Shown here: positions 1 through 6,980 of the stretch, piece after piece
Position numbering within the stretch: the stretch's first letter is position 1
Layout: each line of letters opens with the position of its first letter
Assembly: GCA_004284765.1 (NCBI GenBank)
Contig: NQJD01000030.1
Location: forward strand, 344-32,343
Length of the DNA: 32,000 nucleotides
Reading direction: 5' to 3'
Source of the DNA: Candidatus Electronema aureum
Lineage (GTDB): Bacteria; Desulfobacterota; Desulfobulbia; Desulfobulbales; Desulfobulbaceae
Position numbers and translations under genes: made by a program
The notes under the pieces: generated by a model
What the model saw: the letters and a program-made list of their open reading frames with translations, nothing else
Databases searched by the model: none
Told to the model about the DNA's origin: nothing

Positions 1-33
1 ATCTTCAAGGCAGACGGCAGGATCATGAGGCAT
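1..33 (-). CDS. probable HepT/DUF86-family toxin, 5' end only (runs off the window)
   Basis: A minus-strand ATG at 33-31 (MPHDPAVCLED...) overlaps the stop of the upstream nucleotidyltransferase gene by 11 nt. That is the usual MntA-HepT layout. Only 11 codons are visible, so the call rests on context. Confidence 0.3.
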   Translation of the reverse strand, partial: MPHDPAVCLED

Positions 34-334
34 AAACAGTCTTTATGTTTGAAAAGATGTATTCTTTGATGCGGCTGTTTTTGAGGGATTTTGGCATAAC
101 AAGATCAACTGGACGAGAGAACAGCTCTTCCAGCTCAAACTTCACGTTCATATATCTTTTGATTCCATCTACTGCACCCTCAAGCTCGATGAGGAAATCA
201 ACATCGCTGCTCTCGTTAAAATGCTCAGTGAGTGCGCTGCCAAAAATGCTCAGACTTTTAACCCTATATTTCTGGCAGATACTGATAATTTTCCGCTGAT
301 AATTTTCGATATCTAGCATGTTGTTATCTTGCAA
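23..334 (-). CDS. minimal nucleotidyltransferase (MNT/MntA-type antitoxin)
   Basis: 103-aa ORF with the G-S-x(n)-D-x-D nucleotidyltransferase signature (IFGSALTEHFNESSDVDFLIE). Size and context match HepT/MntA pairs. Confidence 0.8.
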   Translation of the reverse strand: MQDNNMLDIENYQRKIISICQKYRVKSLSIFGSALTEHFNESSDVDFLIELEGAVDGIKRYMNVKFELEELFSRPVDLVMPKSLKNSRIKEYIFSNIKTVYAS

Positions 335-456
335 AAGGCGCTTGATTGCCGCGCCATAAAGATCATGATTTGTTTGACACGGCAGACATCAGCTTGCAAC
401 TGCAAACGGCCCGTTACCGATGCGGTAATAGGGCAGGTTCGCCCGCCCTTGGAGGA

Positions 457-711
457 TTATACGTTGACTCCTCTACTCCACAGCTCAAATTCACTGAGAT
501 CAATTGCATCGTTCCAAGAGACAGCCGAGCCTCCCTGTTCCACGCGGACAGATTTGAAGAAGGCAGAGTTTTTCAATGGCGCAAACATCTCCTTTTTAAG
601 CAAGGGAGTTACGTCATATTGTCTCTTTTCGTTATTATCAAACTCAACGATCAGGATATGATTGTCAGTCGCCTTGACTGAGCGCACTTTCGGGCAGTTC
701 ATAGCAATCAT
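457..711 (-). CDS. DUF2442 domain protein
   Basis: 84-aa ORF. The pattern VKATDNHILIVEFDNNEKRQYDV...WNDAIDLSEFELW is typical of DUF2442. Its start overlaps the stop of the upstream DUF4160 gene by 4 nt (ATGA). Confidence 0.7.
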   Translation of the reverse strand: MIAMNCPKVRSVKATDNHILIVEFDNNEKRQYDVTPLLKKEMFAPLKNSAFFKSVRVEQGGSAVSWNDAIDLSEFELWSRGVNV

Positions 712-956
712 GCCAATGGTGGAAGTTTAAGAAATTGCTGCTCGTTCCACATGTTCATAAGTTCTTTTTGATGAAGATTTGCCCATTCAACAACTAATTT
801 CTCCGCTCTGCTCGGTAAATCACCTTCAATCATCTCAAGTGTTTCCATGTTGAATAATCCGAGATATTCACCATACACGGCATGGAAGTGCGGCGGCGGA
901 TGGTCGCCAAAAAATAATTTGATGACAATGCCGTAGAATCGAGCAATTTCAGGCAT
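708..956 (-). CDS. DUF4160 domain protein
   Basis: 82-aa ORF beginning MPEIARFYGIVIKLFFGDHPPPHFHAVYGEY, the characteristic DUF4160 N-terminus. It is translationally coupled to the DUF2442 gene, a recurrent two-gene pair. Confidence 0.75.
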   Translation of the reverse strand: MPEIARFYGIVIKLFFGDHPPPHFHAVYGEYLGLFNMETLEMIEGDLPSRAEKLVVEWANLHQKELMNMWNEQQFLKLPPLA

Positions 957-1105
957 GACGTATTCCTTTAACTTTCCTCGGATGCTCTTGCCGGACTGTC
1001 AGCCCAGTTAATTTCTGTGCTCGGAGCAGCAGCCCCCTGCTGCTTTAGCAGAATAAAACGGTTCATTTTTCTCTGCTCTTTTCCTACTTGTTTGAGACAA
1101 GCACA

Positions 1106-2383
1106 TCATCCTTTCTTCAAGTTGCATATCCTATGACAGAGTTTTGCATTTTCAGGAATAGTTTTTCCTCCAATCCAATAACGTGTATCATGGTCCAGTA
1201 CAGCATCATCAATAAGAACGATCTTGTTCCCGCAAAGGGCGCATGTCGGATCAGCTTCAAAAATTTCCTTCTTGAGTTTTTTAGAGAAAGTTCGCTTAGT
1301 ATCCTGCGACTGACTCTGAGACATTATCTCATCGAGTCTTTCGTACCACGTTTTAAACGTATATGTCAGTCGAGTTGATTCGCCAGTTGCGCGTCTTATT
1401 CTGTCCACCCAAACCGCATCAGATTTAATCAAATCTAAATATCCTTCATATATACTGTCTGCTTTTTGAGTGATCTGCCCCAGATCATATTTTACAAACG
1501 AAGTTGCTACAACTTGAAAAATTGCCGCATTCGGCTTGCGTGACCATTCTCCAAAGCTGTATTTTCCTGGCTTTGTAATATCACTCTTTAGCCGGAAAGC
1601 ATTCTCTCCAAAAACAGTCAGGCATCCTCGCATAGATTTTTCAAATACTGCTCGATACTCTGACACCTTTGATTCAGGAGCATTTTTATAAGTTTCCAAA
1701 AATTCATTCAGAAAACTTTTAAGACCTGCTGTGCATTTCAAGTAAGTCCGTTCATAAAATGCGAGAAAACGCAAAACAAATGCTCTGTCCTGCATACGTT
1801 TGCCAAAATTTTTTTGATTTATCGTCCTGATGAAATTAGAATTCTCGCTTAATTCCTTGATGCACTCGTTAAGTGTCCCCCGAAATATACAATTTCTTAC
1901 TTCCATATCGTTTAGCTTGATACCCCCTGTATTCAACCTTTGGAATACGATAAAATGAATATCACTATCACTATCACAAAGCTCAAACGAACGTAATATA
2001 GAGTCTTCAATCTTGTTTTGAATCTCAACCGGAAGATCAGAAAATAATTTTCCGTGATACTCTTTTAATCTATCAAGTTTTTGCAGATTATATTTACCGT
2101 CTAAATAATTAAAAACGGAAGTGAGCCGCTGTAATCCATCAATAACTTCATATTTTCCGTTATCATTCTTTGCTAAATAAATCACCGGAACAGGTATATC
2201 AAGCAAGAAAGACTCGATAAGCCTTGATGCTCTTACATTATCCCAGACATAATTTCGCTGCCATTCTGGGTCAATAATTAGTCTTCCATTCTTATACCAT
2301 CGATGTAGCCTCAAAGAGGCTTCTGTCTGCCTTCTCAAGGATAACTTTCTTGAATCTCGAAATTGGATTAAGTTCTCCTTCAT
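1106..2383 (-). CDS. DUF262 (ParB-like/GmrSD N-terminal) nuclease fused to a C-terminal HNH motif
   Basis: 425-aa ORF. DUF262 hallmarks are present: DPEWQRNYVW, VIDGLQRLTS, FQRLNTGGIKLNDMEVRN. The C-terminus CALCGNKI...LDHDTRYWIGGKT...NAKLCHRICNLKKG is an HNH/His-Me finger. The gene is AT-rich. Confidence 0.8.
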   Translation of the reverse strand: MKENLIQFRDSRKLSLRRQTEASLRLHRWYKNGRLIIDPEWQRNYVWDNVRASRLIESFLLDIPVPVIYLAKNDNGKYEVIDGLQRLTSVFNYLDGKYNLQKLDRLKEYHGKLFSDLPVEIQNKIEDSILRSFELCDSDSDIHFIVFQRLNTGGIKLNDMEVRNCIFRGTLNECIKELSENSNFIRTINQKNFGKRMQDRAFVLRFLAFYERTYLKCTAGLKSFLNEFLETYKNAPESKVSEYRAVFEKSMRGCLTVFGENAFRLKSDITKPGKYSFGEWSRKPNAAIFQVVATSFVKYDLGQITQKADSIYEGYLDLIKSDAVWVDRIRRATGESTRLTYTFKTWYERLDEIMSQSQSQDTKRTFSKKLKKEIFEADPTCALCGNKIVLIDDAVLDHDTRYWIGGKTIPENAKLCHRICNLKKG

Positions 2384-2498
2384 CCATTCCTTCTGCTATA
2401 TCGCTGTCGTCACCTTCTTGATCAGCGCATTGTTCTTCTTGATCAAAAACCAATTCGTATTCATTCAGATTTCCGTTTTTGTTCATAGTGCCCACCAT
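2292..2498 (-). CDS. small acidic ORF overlapping the 5' end of the DUF262 gene (either a real uORF or a frameshifted N-terminal extension)
   Basis: 68-codon ORF (MVGTMNKNGNLNEYELVFDQEEQCADQEGDDSDIAEGMDEGE...). It lies in the -1 frame relative to the DUF262 ORF, which is therefore +1 to it, and overlaps it by 92 nt. There is no clear SD sequence and I recognise no family. Confidence 0.2.
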   Translation of the reverse strand: MVGTMNKNGNLNEYELVFDQEEQCADQEGDDSDIAEGMDEGELNPISRFKKVILEKADRSLFEATSMV

Positions 2499-2920
2499 GT
2501 TGTTGAATATTTCTTGTTAAGATATAAGCTAAACCAGCAGGTTTATCTCCTCACATACGCATCATTGGCGACAATCACCCTGCGCCCAGCCAGCCGCTCA
2601 TGATGATGCCCACAGAGCCGACATGAAACAACCCGCCCACCTCGTTGTAGGCGGGTGCTTGATACGGACAACAGTATCTACATGCGGTATCCTTATTCTC
2701 AAGGGTACCCACTTGGGGTGCCTTGCAGTATTCCAGATAGCGCAGAAGCCACCCAGGCCGGAGATTATCTACTCACAACCTGATGCAGCTCATCCTAAAG
2801 AGCTGTGCAGGCTTTGTCAAGGAAATGCTTGGGGTTGCTTGTCACAATGAAGGCGGCGCGGCGAAAGGATGGCAGGGGATGCGGGGCTGATGTCTTCGGC
2901 CACAGTGCGTGTGTTGTAGG

Positions 2921-2948
2921 GGGGCGGACACCTCTGTGGCCGCCCTTT
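2921..2948 (+). terminator. intrinsic terminator oriented on the + strand
   Basis: GGGCGGACAC-ctct-GTGGCCGCCC forms a 10-bp stem with one A/G mismatch, followed by TTTT. The U-tract exists only on the + strand, although the only neighbouring gene (FNT) is on the minus strand. Confidence 0.5.
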
Positions 2949-2971
2949 TGACTTTCCTGCCCCAGCAGCAA

Positions 2972-3781
2972 TCAGGCTTTCCGCCTGCTGTTGCGGAGGT
3001 AAGCGACCCAATACACTGCGCCGACCTGCACTGCACCACCAACGATGTTGCCTGCGGTTGACATGATGATGTTAGTCATGCAGCCAAAGACAGAGATCGC
3101 GCCATGGTCATCCAAGATCAGGCCAAAGGGTAGGAAAAACCAGTTCGCAATAGAATGCTCAAAGCCAATGGCGACAAAGGCGGCTACCGGCAAGAAGATT
3201 GCCATGATCTTGTCAATCACGCTACGACCACCCATTGCTAACCAGACCGCTAGGCAGACCAGCGCGTTACAGAGCATCCCCCGGAGAAAAGCCTCGCAGA
3301 GGGTGAGATTAGCCTTGTTCGCCGCAATCTTCACGGCGGTTGCCCCTACTGCCCCACCGTTGATGTCAGCAATTCCAGCCAGCACCACCAGCACCACGGT
3401 GAGGACTGCACCGATTACGTTACCAAGATAGGAGTAGAACCAGTTCCGCAGCACACTGTGGGCGCTAATCTGACCACTGGCCCAAGCCATAGTGAGCAGG
3501 TTATTGCCCGTGAACAGCTCTGCCCCACCCACCACCACCAGAATCAGCCCCAGGCTAAAGCTCAGGCCACCCAGCAAACGGGTCGGGCCGAAACCGAGGG
3601 TAGAGTCGGTTATCACCACCGTGAAGAAGAGCGAGCCAAGGGCGATGAAGGCCCCGGCCAGCATCGCCAGTACCAGCAAGGTCAGGGTGTCAGCATGGGC
3701 TTTTCTCACCCCCATGCTTTCGACCTTACGGGCAATGTCGTCCGGCGAGTAGGCATCGCCTAAGCCTTGTGCGGTTCTCAT
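2972..3781 (-). CDS. formate/nitrite transporter (FNT) family channel
   Basis: 269-aa polytopic membrane ORF with FNT-like layout and motifs (LLGGLSFSLGLILVVVGGAELFTGN, FEHSIANWFF). A strong SD (AAGGAGGAGG) precedes the ATG. Substrate (formate, nitrite or hydrosulfide) cannot be told from sequence. Confidence 0.85.
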   Translation of the reverse strand: MRTAQGLGDAYSPDDIARKVESMGVRKAHADTLTLLVLAMLAGAFIALGSLFFTVVITDSTLGFGPTRLLGGLSFSLGLILVVVGGAELFTGNNLLTMAWASGQISAHSVLRNWFYSYLGNVIGAVLTVVLVVLAGIADINGGAVGATAVKIAANKANLTLCEAFLRGMLCNALVCLAVWLAMGGRSVIDKIMAIFLPVAAFVAIGFEHSIANWFFLPFGLILDDHGAISVFGCMTNIIMSTAGNIVGGAVQVGAVYWVAYLRNSRRKA

Positions 3782-4034
3782 GAATCCTCCTCCTTGTTGA
3801 GTTATCCCCTGCCGCTGGGCGGCTCTGATTCACTTCAGTTGCTGCCGCAATTCAGTTTCAATGATACTGCAAGCAATAGCAAAGAGGAAGGGCTTCTTGA
3901 ATGGGTTGCGTGCTGCGCTCTCGACTGCATGCTGCCTTGTTCTCATAGGAAACAGACAACTCTGCATGGGCATCGGATAATCCACGGCAGCCGCAACCAA
4001 ACAGTAGAGAGTAGAGAGGCAGGAAGGATCACTT

Positions 4035-4541
4035 TTATTTATTCTCCAGCAGCTTCTTCAGCTTTCGCTTGTACATGTCCTGCTTGAGTCGGCTGATGCG
4101 GTCAATAAACAAAGTGCCGTGCAGATGATCCACCTCATGCTGAATGATGCGGGCAAAGCGATCTTCCGCGATGAAATCTAACTGCTTGCCCTCCACATCT
4201 TGACCAGTGACGCGGATTTTTTTGAAACGCTCCACCTTGGCATCATACTCCAGCACACTCAAACAGCCTTCTTTGCCGCTCTCGCAGCCTTCGCCTTCAG
4301 AAATCACCGGGTTGATCAGCACAAGGTATTTCTTCTCATTGTCTTGGGTCGAAATGTCGATCACCGCAATTTGACGAGCAATGCCGATCTGGTTGCCTGC
4401 TAAACCGACCCCTTGCTCTTCATACATGGTGTCAGCCATATCTTTGGCTAATTGCCGCAGTTCTGCATTGAATCCGGTGATCTTTGCTGCCTGCTCGCGC
4501 AGTACAGGATGTGGGTGGGTGAGTATCTTTCTGAGAGCCAT
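4035..4541 (-). CDS. def: peptide deformylase
   Basis: 168 aa with the three deformylase motifs: GVGLAGNQIG, EGCLS, QHEVDHLHG. Confidence 0.95.
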   Translation of the reverse strand: MALRKILTHPHPVLREQAAKITGFNAELRQLAKDMADTMYEEQGVGLAGNQIGIARQIAVIDISTQDNEKKYLVLINPVISEGEGCESGKEGCLSVLEYDAKVERFKKIRVTGQDVEGKQLDFIAEDRFARIIQHEVDHLHGTLFIDRISRLKQDMYKRKLKKLLENK

Positions 4542-4565
4542 TGTCGGAGCGTGAAGTTGTAAGGG

Positions 4566-5294
4566 TTAAGGCAGCGGGTCAAGGTTGTGCAGGGCATTCT
4601 GAACTAAGGCAGCAGCGACGATGGACGCGGTTTCGGCCCGCAGTATCCGAGGACCAAGAGAGACCGTTGTGAAACCAGATGCTTGAGCGTGTTCCACTTC
4701 GTCGATATGAAAGCCGCCTTCTGGTCCGATCAACAGGGTTACGGGCTGTCCTGCTGTCAAACCAAGCGCGGCAAAAGGGCAGGTGGTTTCGTTCTCCCAC
4801 GGCATAATTTTGCGGCTTACAGCGGGAAAGGTCAGCTCATGCAAAGGTTGCGGCAAACTGATCTGCATCGGCACAGGTCGCCCGCACTGTTTGCAGGCTT
4901 CGAGCATGATCCGCTGCCAGCGTTGGAGCAGCTGACTGTCCTTGCCCTGCGGCTCGCAGTAGCGAGTGATAACTGGCACAAAGCTGTGAACGCCCAGTTC
5001 TGTGGCTTTCTGGACGACCGTATCCATCTTTTTGCCTTTGTTGAGCAGAGCTTGCACCAACGTCAGCGGGCTACAGCTCTCCTGCTCTTGGCGGCGGGAA
5101 AGAATGCGAAAGGACACGCTGTTTGCGCTGATTTGTTCAATTTCACCACAAATCAAGCTACCTGCGCCGTCATACAGCTCCGCCTTTGCACCAACGTGCA
5201 TCCGTAGCACAGTCTTGAGATGATGCGCCTCGGCACCGGTGATCAGGACATACTCGGTAGTATCTTGGGCTGGGTTATAAAAAAAACGTCGCAT
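4566..5294 (-). CDS. rsmE: 16S rRNA (uracil1498-N3)-methyltransferase
   Basis: RsmE-like N-terminus MRRFFY plus the GPEGG motif (LLIGPEGGFHIDEV). I chose the ATG at 5294 rather than the ORF-track start at 5375, because the longer ORF would run through the tRNA-Phe terminator hairpin. Confidence 0.85.
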   Translation of the reverse strand: MRRFFYNPAQDTTEYVLITGAEAHHLKTVLRMHVGAKAELYDGAGSLICGEIEQISANSVSFRILSRRQEQESCSPLTLVQALLNKGKKMDTVVQKATELGVHSFVPVITRYCEPQGKDSQLLQRWQRIMLEACKQCGRPVPMQISLPQPLHELTFPAVSRKIMPWENETTCPFAALGLTAGQPVTLLIGPEGGFHIDEVEHAQASGFTTVSLGPRILRAETASIVAAALVQNALHNLDPLP

Positions 5295-5370
5295 GATGCA
5301 GGGCTTAGGTTGTGCGGAGGAGTCGATAAGGCTGGGTGGGCGATGAGCTTCAAATCCGTTAATGGTGGAG

Positions 5371-5416
5371 AACAAAACAGGAAAACCCAGCCAACTTATT
5401 CAGTTGAATGGGTTTT
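5371..5416 (-). terminator. intrinsic terminator downstream of tRNA-Phe
   Basis: On the minus strand, AAAACCCA...TGGGTTTT forms an 8-bp outer stem with an inner CAAC/GTTG pairing, followed by TTTTCCTGTTTTGTT. Confidence 0.65.
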
Positions 5417-5436
5417 GAATTGGCAGGCTATAAAAA

Positions 5437-5512
<76 letters not shown>

Positions 5513-5553
5513 ACACGATACATACAGAATGTGTCGAAAGAATATACCGCAAT

Positions 5554-6522
5554 TCAGCGTTCTCTGTCAATCTCTTTTATTTCTTTTTTTCCGCCGCCAC
5601 CCAGCAAGTCACCGAGATCAACGTTGAAATCATCAAGTGCTGTACCCGTTTTTGCCGCAGGCCGCATTTTCTTACCTGCTGCGCTGGCCGCAGGCGGCAG
5701 AATCGGCGTACTGAGATCAAGCCCGTCCATCGACAAGTCGGGTAACGCGTCTGTTGCCTGCGCTTTTTCTTTTTTGCCCCCACCAGCCTTCTTTTTTGGG
5801 CTTTCTTCCCCTTCTAAACTCAATTCACCGATACCACTGAAGGAAAAATCTGTCTTCTGCTCCTCAGCCTCTGGTGGCATCAGGCCGGAGAGGTCAAGTC
5901 CACTCAGGTCGAGTGACGGCTCTTTTGCAGGTTTTGCAGGAGCTTTTTCCTTTTTTTCAGCAGGAGGTTTGGTCGTTTTTTCTAACTTTGGCTCAGGAGC
6001 TGCGGCCCCAGCATCGTCATCAAGATCAAAATCCAAGCTATCCAAACCCAAGTCTGAACCGCTCGTATCTTCCATCGACAAATTCAGACCGCTTTCTTCT
6101 TTGTCTTTTTTCTTGGAGAGATCAAGCGTACTCATGGGCTTTTTTGCCTCTTCTTCGACTCCACCTGAGAGGTCAAATTCTATCTCTTTGCTTTCCTCCT
6201 CAGCCGGAGCTTCAAGCTCAATGCCGTCTGCATCGGCGGCAAACTCTACTGTATTGTCCGCATCAGCCGCTTCTTCCACTTCGGTTTCTGCATCCATATC
6301 AAAACCGATGTCGTCACTTTCTGCTTCGGCGTTATCGTCTTCATCAGGCGTTTCTTCCTCTGGTTCCTCTTCTTCAGGCTTCTCGAACCAGAGAAAATCA
6401 GGAACTACACTCCGCATCACCACGCCGGAAAGCTCTTGGGAGAATTTCGTGATATTCTTTTTGCATCCCCCACATATTTCTTCTTTGTCAAAAGAAATGT
6501 AGCCGCATTTAGGACAACGCAT
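5554..6522 (-). CDS. zinc-ribbon protein with a long acidic low-complexity tail
   Basis: The N-terminus MRCPKCGYISFDKEEICGGCKKN is a CxxC-x11-CxxC ribbon. About 290 residues follow, rich in D/E/K with recurring (L/F)-D-L-S motifs. I chose the ATG at 6522; the ORF-track start at 6558 is a TTG. The opposite-strand 338-aa ORF overlaps the tRNA and is Ser-rich shadow. Confidence 0.6.
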   Translation of the reverse strand: MRCPKCGYISFDKEEICGGCKKNITKFSQELSGVVMRSVVPDFLWFEKPEEEEPEEETPDEDDNAEAESDDIGFDMDAETEVEEAADADNTVEFAADADGIELEAPAEEESKEIEFDLSGGVEEEAKKPMSTLDLSKKKDKEESGLNLSMEDTSGSDLGLDSLDFDLDDDAGAAAPEPKLEKTTKPPAEKKEKAPAKPAKEPSLDLSGLDLSGLMPPEAEEQKTDFSFSGIGELSLEGEESPKKKAGGGKKEKAQATDALPDLSMDGLDLSTPILPPAASAAGKKMRPAAKTGTALDDFNVDLGDLLGGGGKKEIKEIDRER

Positions 6523-6850
6523 AATCTTGATCTGGCGGTGAAAATTAAACAAAAACAAGAGGCTGTCTCATGCGACCACAAGGCGGGCCGAAGCTGCGCA
6601 GCCGGAGAATTGAACAATATCCTTAACTGCCATCATTTCACAGAGAAGGAGGACTGTCAACAGCATTTTTTGTCCATCGGTATCGTTGACTGCTCTTTTG
6701 AGTCGGATTTACGCGGAGAATCTGCATTCAGGTTGAACGGCATTTTTCAGGGCTGATACCGGTTGACAACGCCCTCTTTTTCTGAACGGCGCGAAAATAG
6801 GCATTTTCCTCGGAATGACAAAAAAATACCACCGGTAGCATGTTTTCCAC

Positions 6851-6890
6851 TTGAGCTGGCACAATATGTTGTGCTATAAGATTGGCACAA
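6851..6890 (+). promoter_or_regulatory. candidate nrdJ promoter with an NrdR-box-like operator
   Basis: TTGAGC (6851-6856), an 18-nt spacer, then TATAAG (6875-6880). The spacer holds the near-palindrome GCACAATATGTTGTGC (6859-6874). A third GCACAA half-site lies at 6885-6890. The palindrome resembles the NrdR box consensus acaCwAtATaTwGtgt. Confidence 0.35.
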
Positions 6891-6980
6891 CCGCCTGCGG
6901 GACAAGCCTGCCGCCAGCGTTCAGCAGAGCCGGATTCGTGGCCGAAAACAACTGATTTACAGCTCAAGGGAAAAAGAGAG

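Noticed and set aside
2949-2956. On the minus strand, GGAAAGTC recalls the RNase P RNA P4 motif GAGGAAAGTCCGGGC.
   Set aside because: The match does not extend (GGAAAGTCAAAAGGG). The other universally conserved RNase P element, ACAGAACCCGGCTTA, is absent from the region.
6560-6980. Possible cobalamin riboswitch upstream of the B12-dependent RNR.
   Set aside because: I found no B12 box (AGYCMGGAGACCKGCC-like) or GCCACTG core by eye. Cobalamin riboswitches normally control B12-independent isozymes or transport genes rather than nrdJ.
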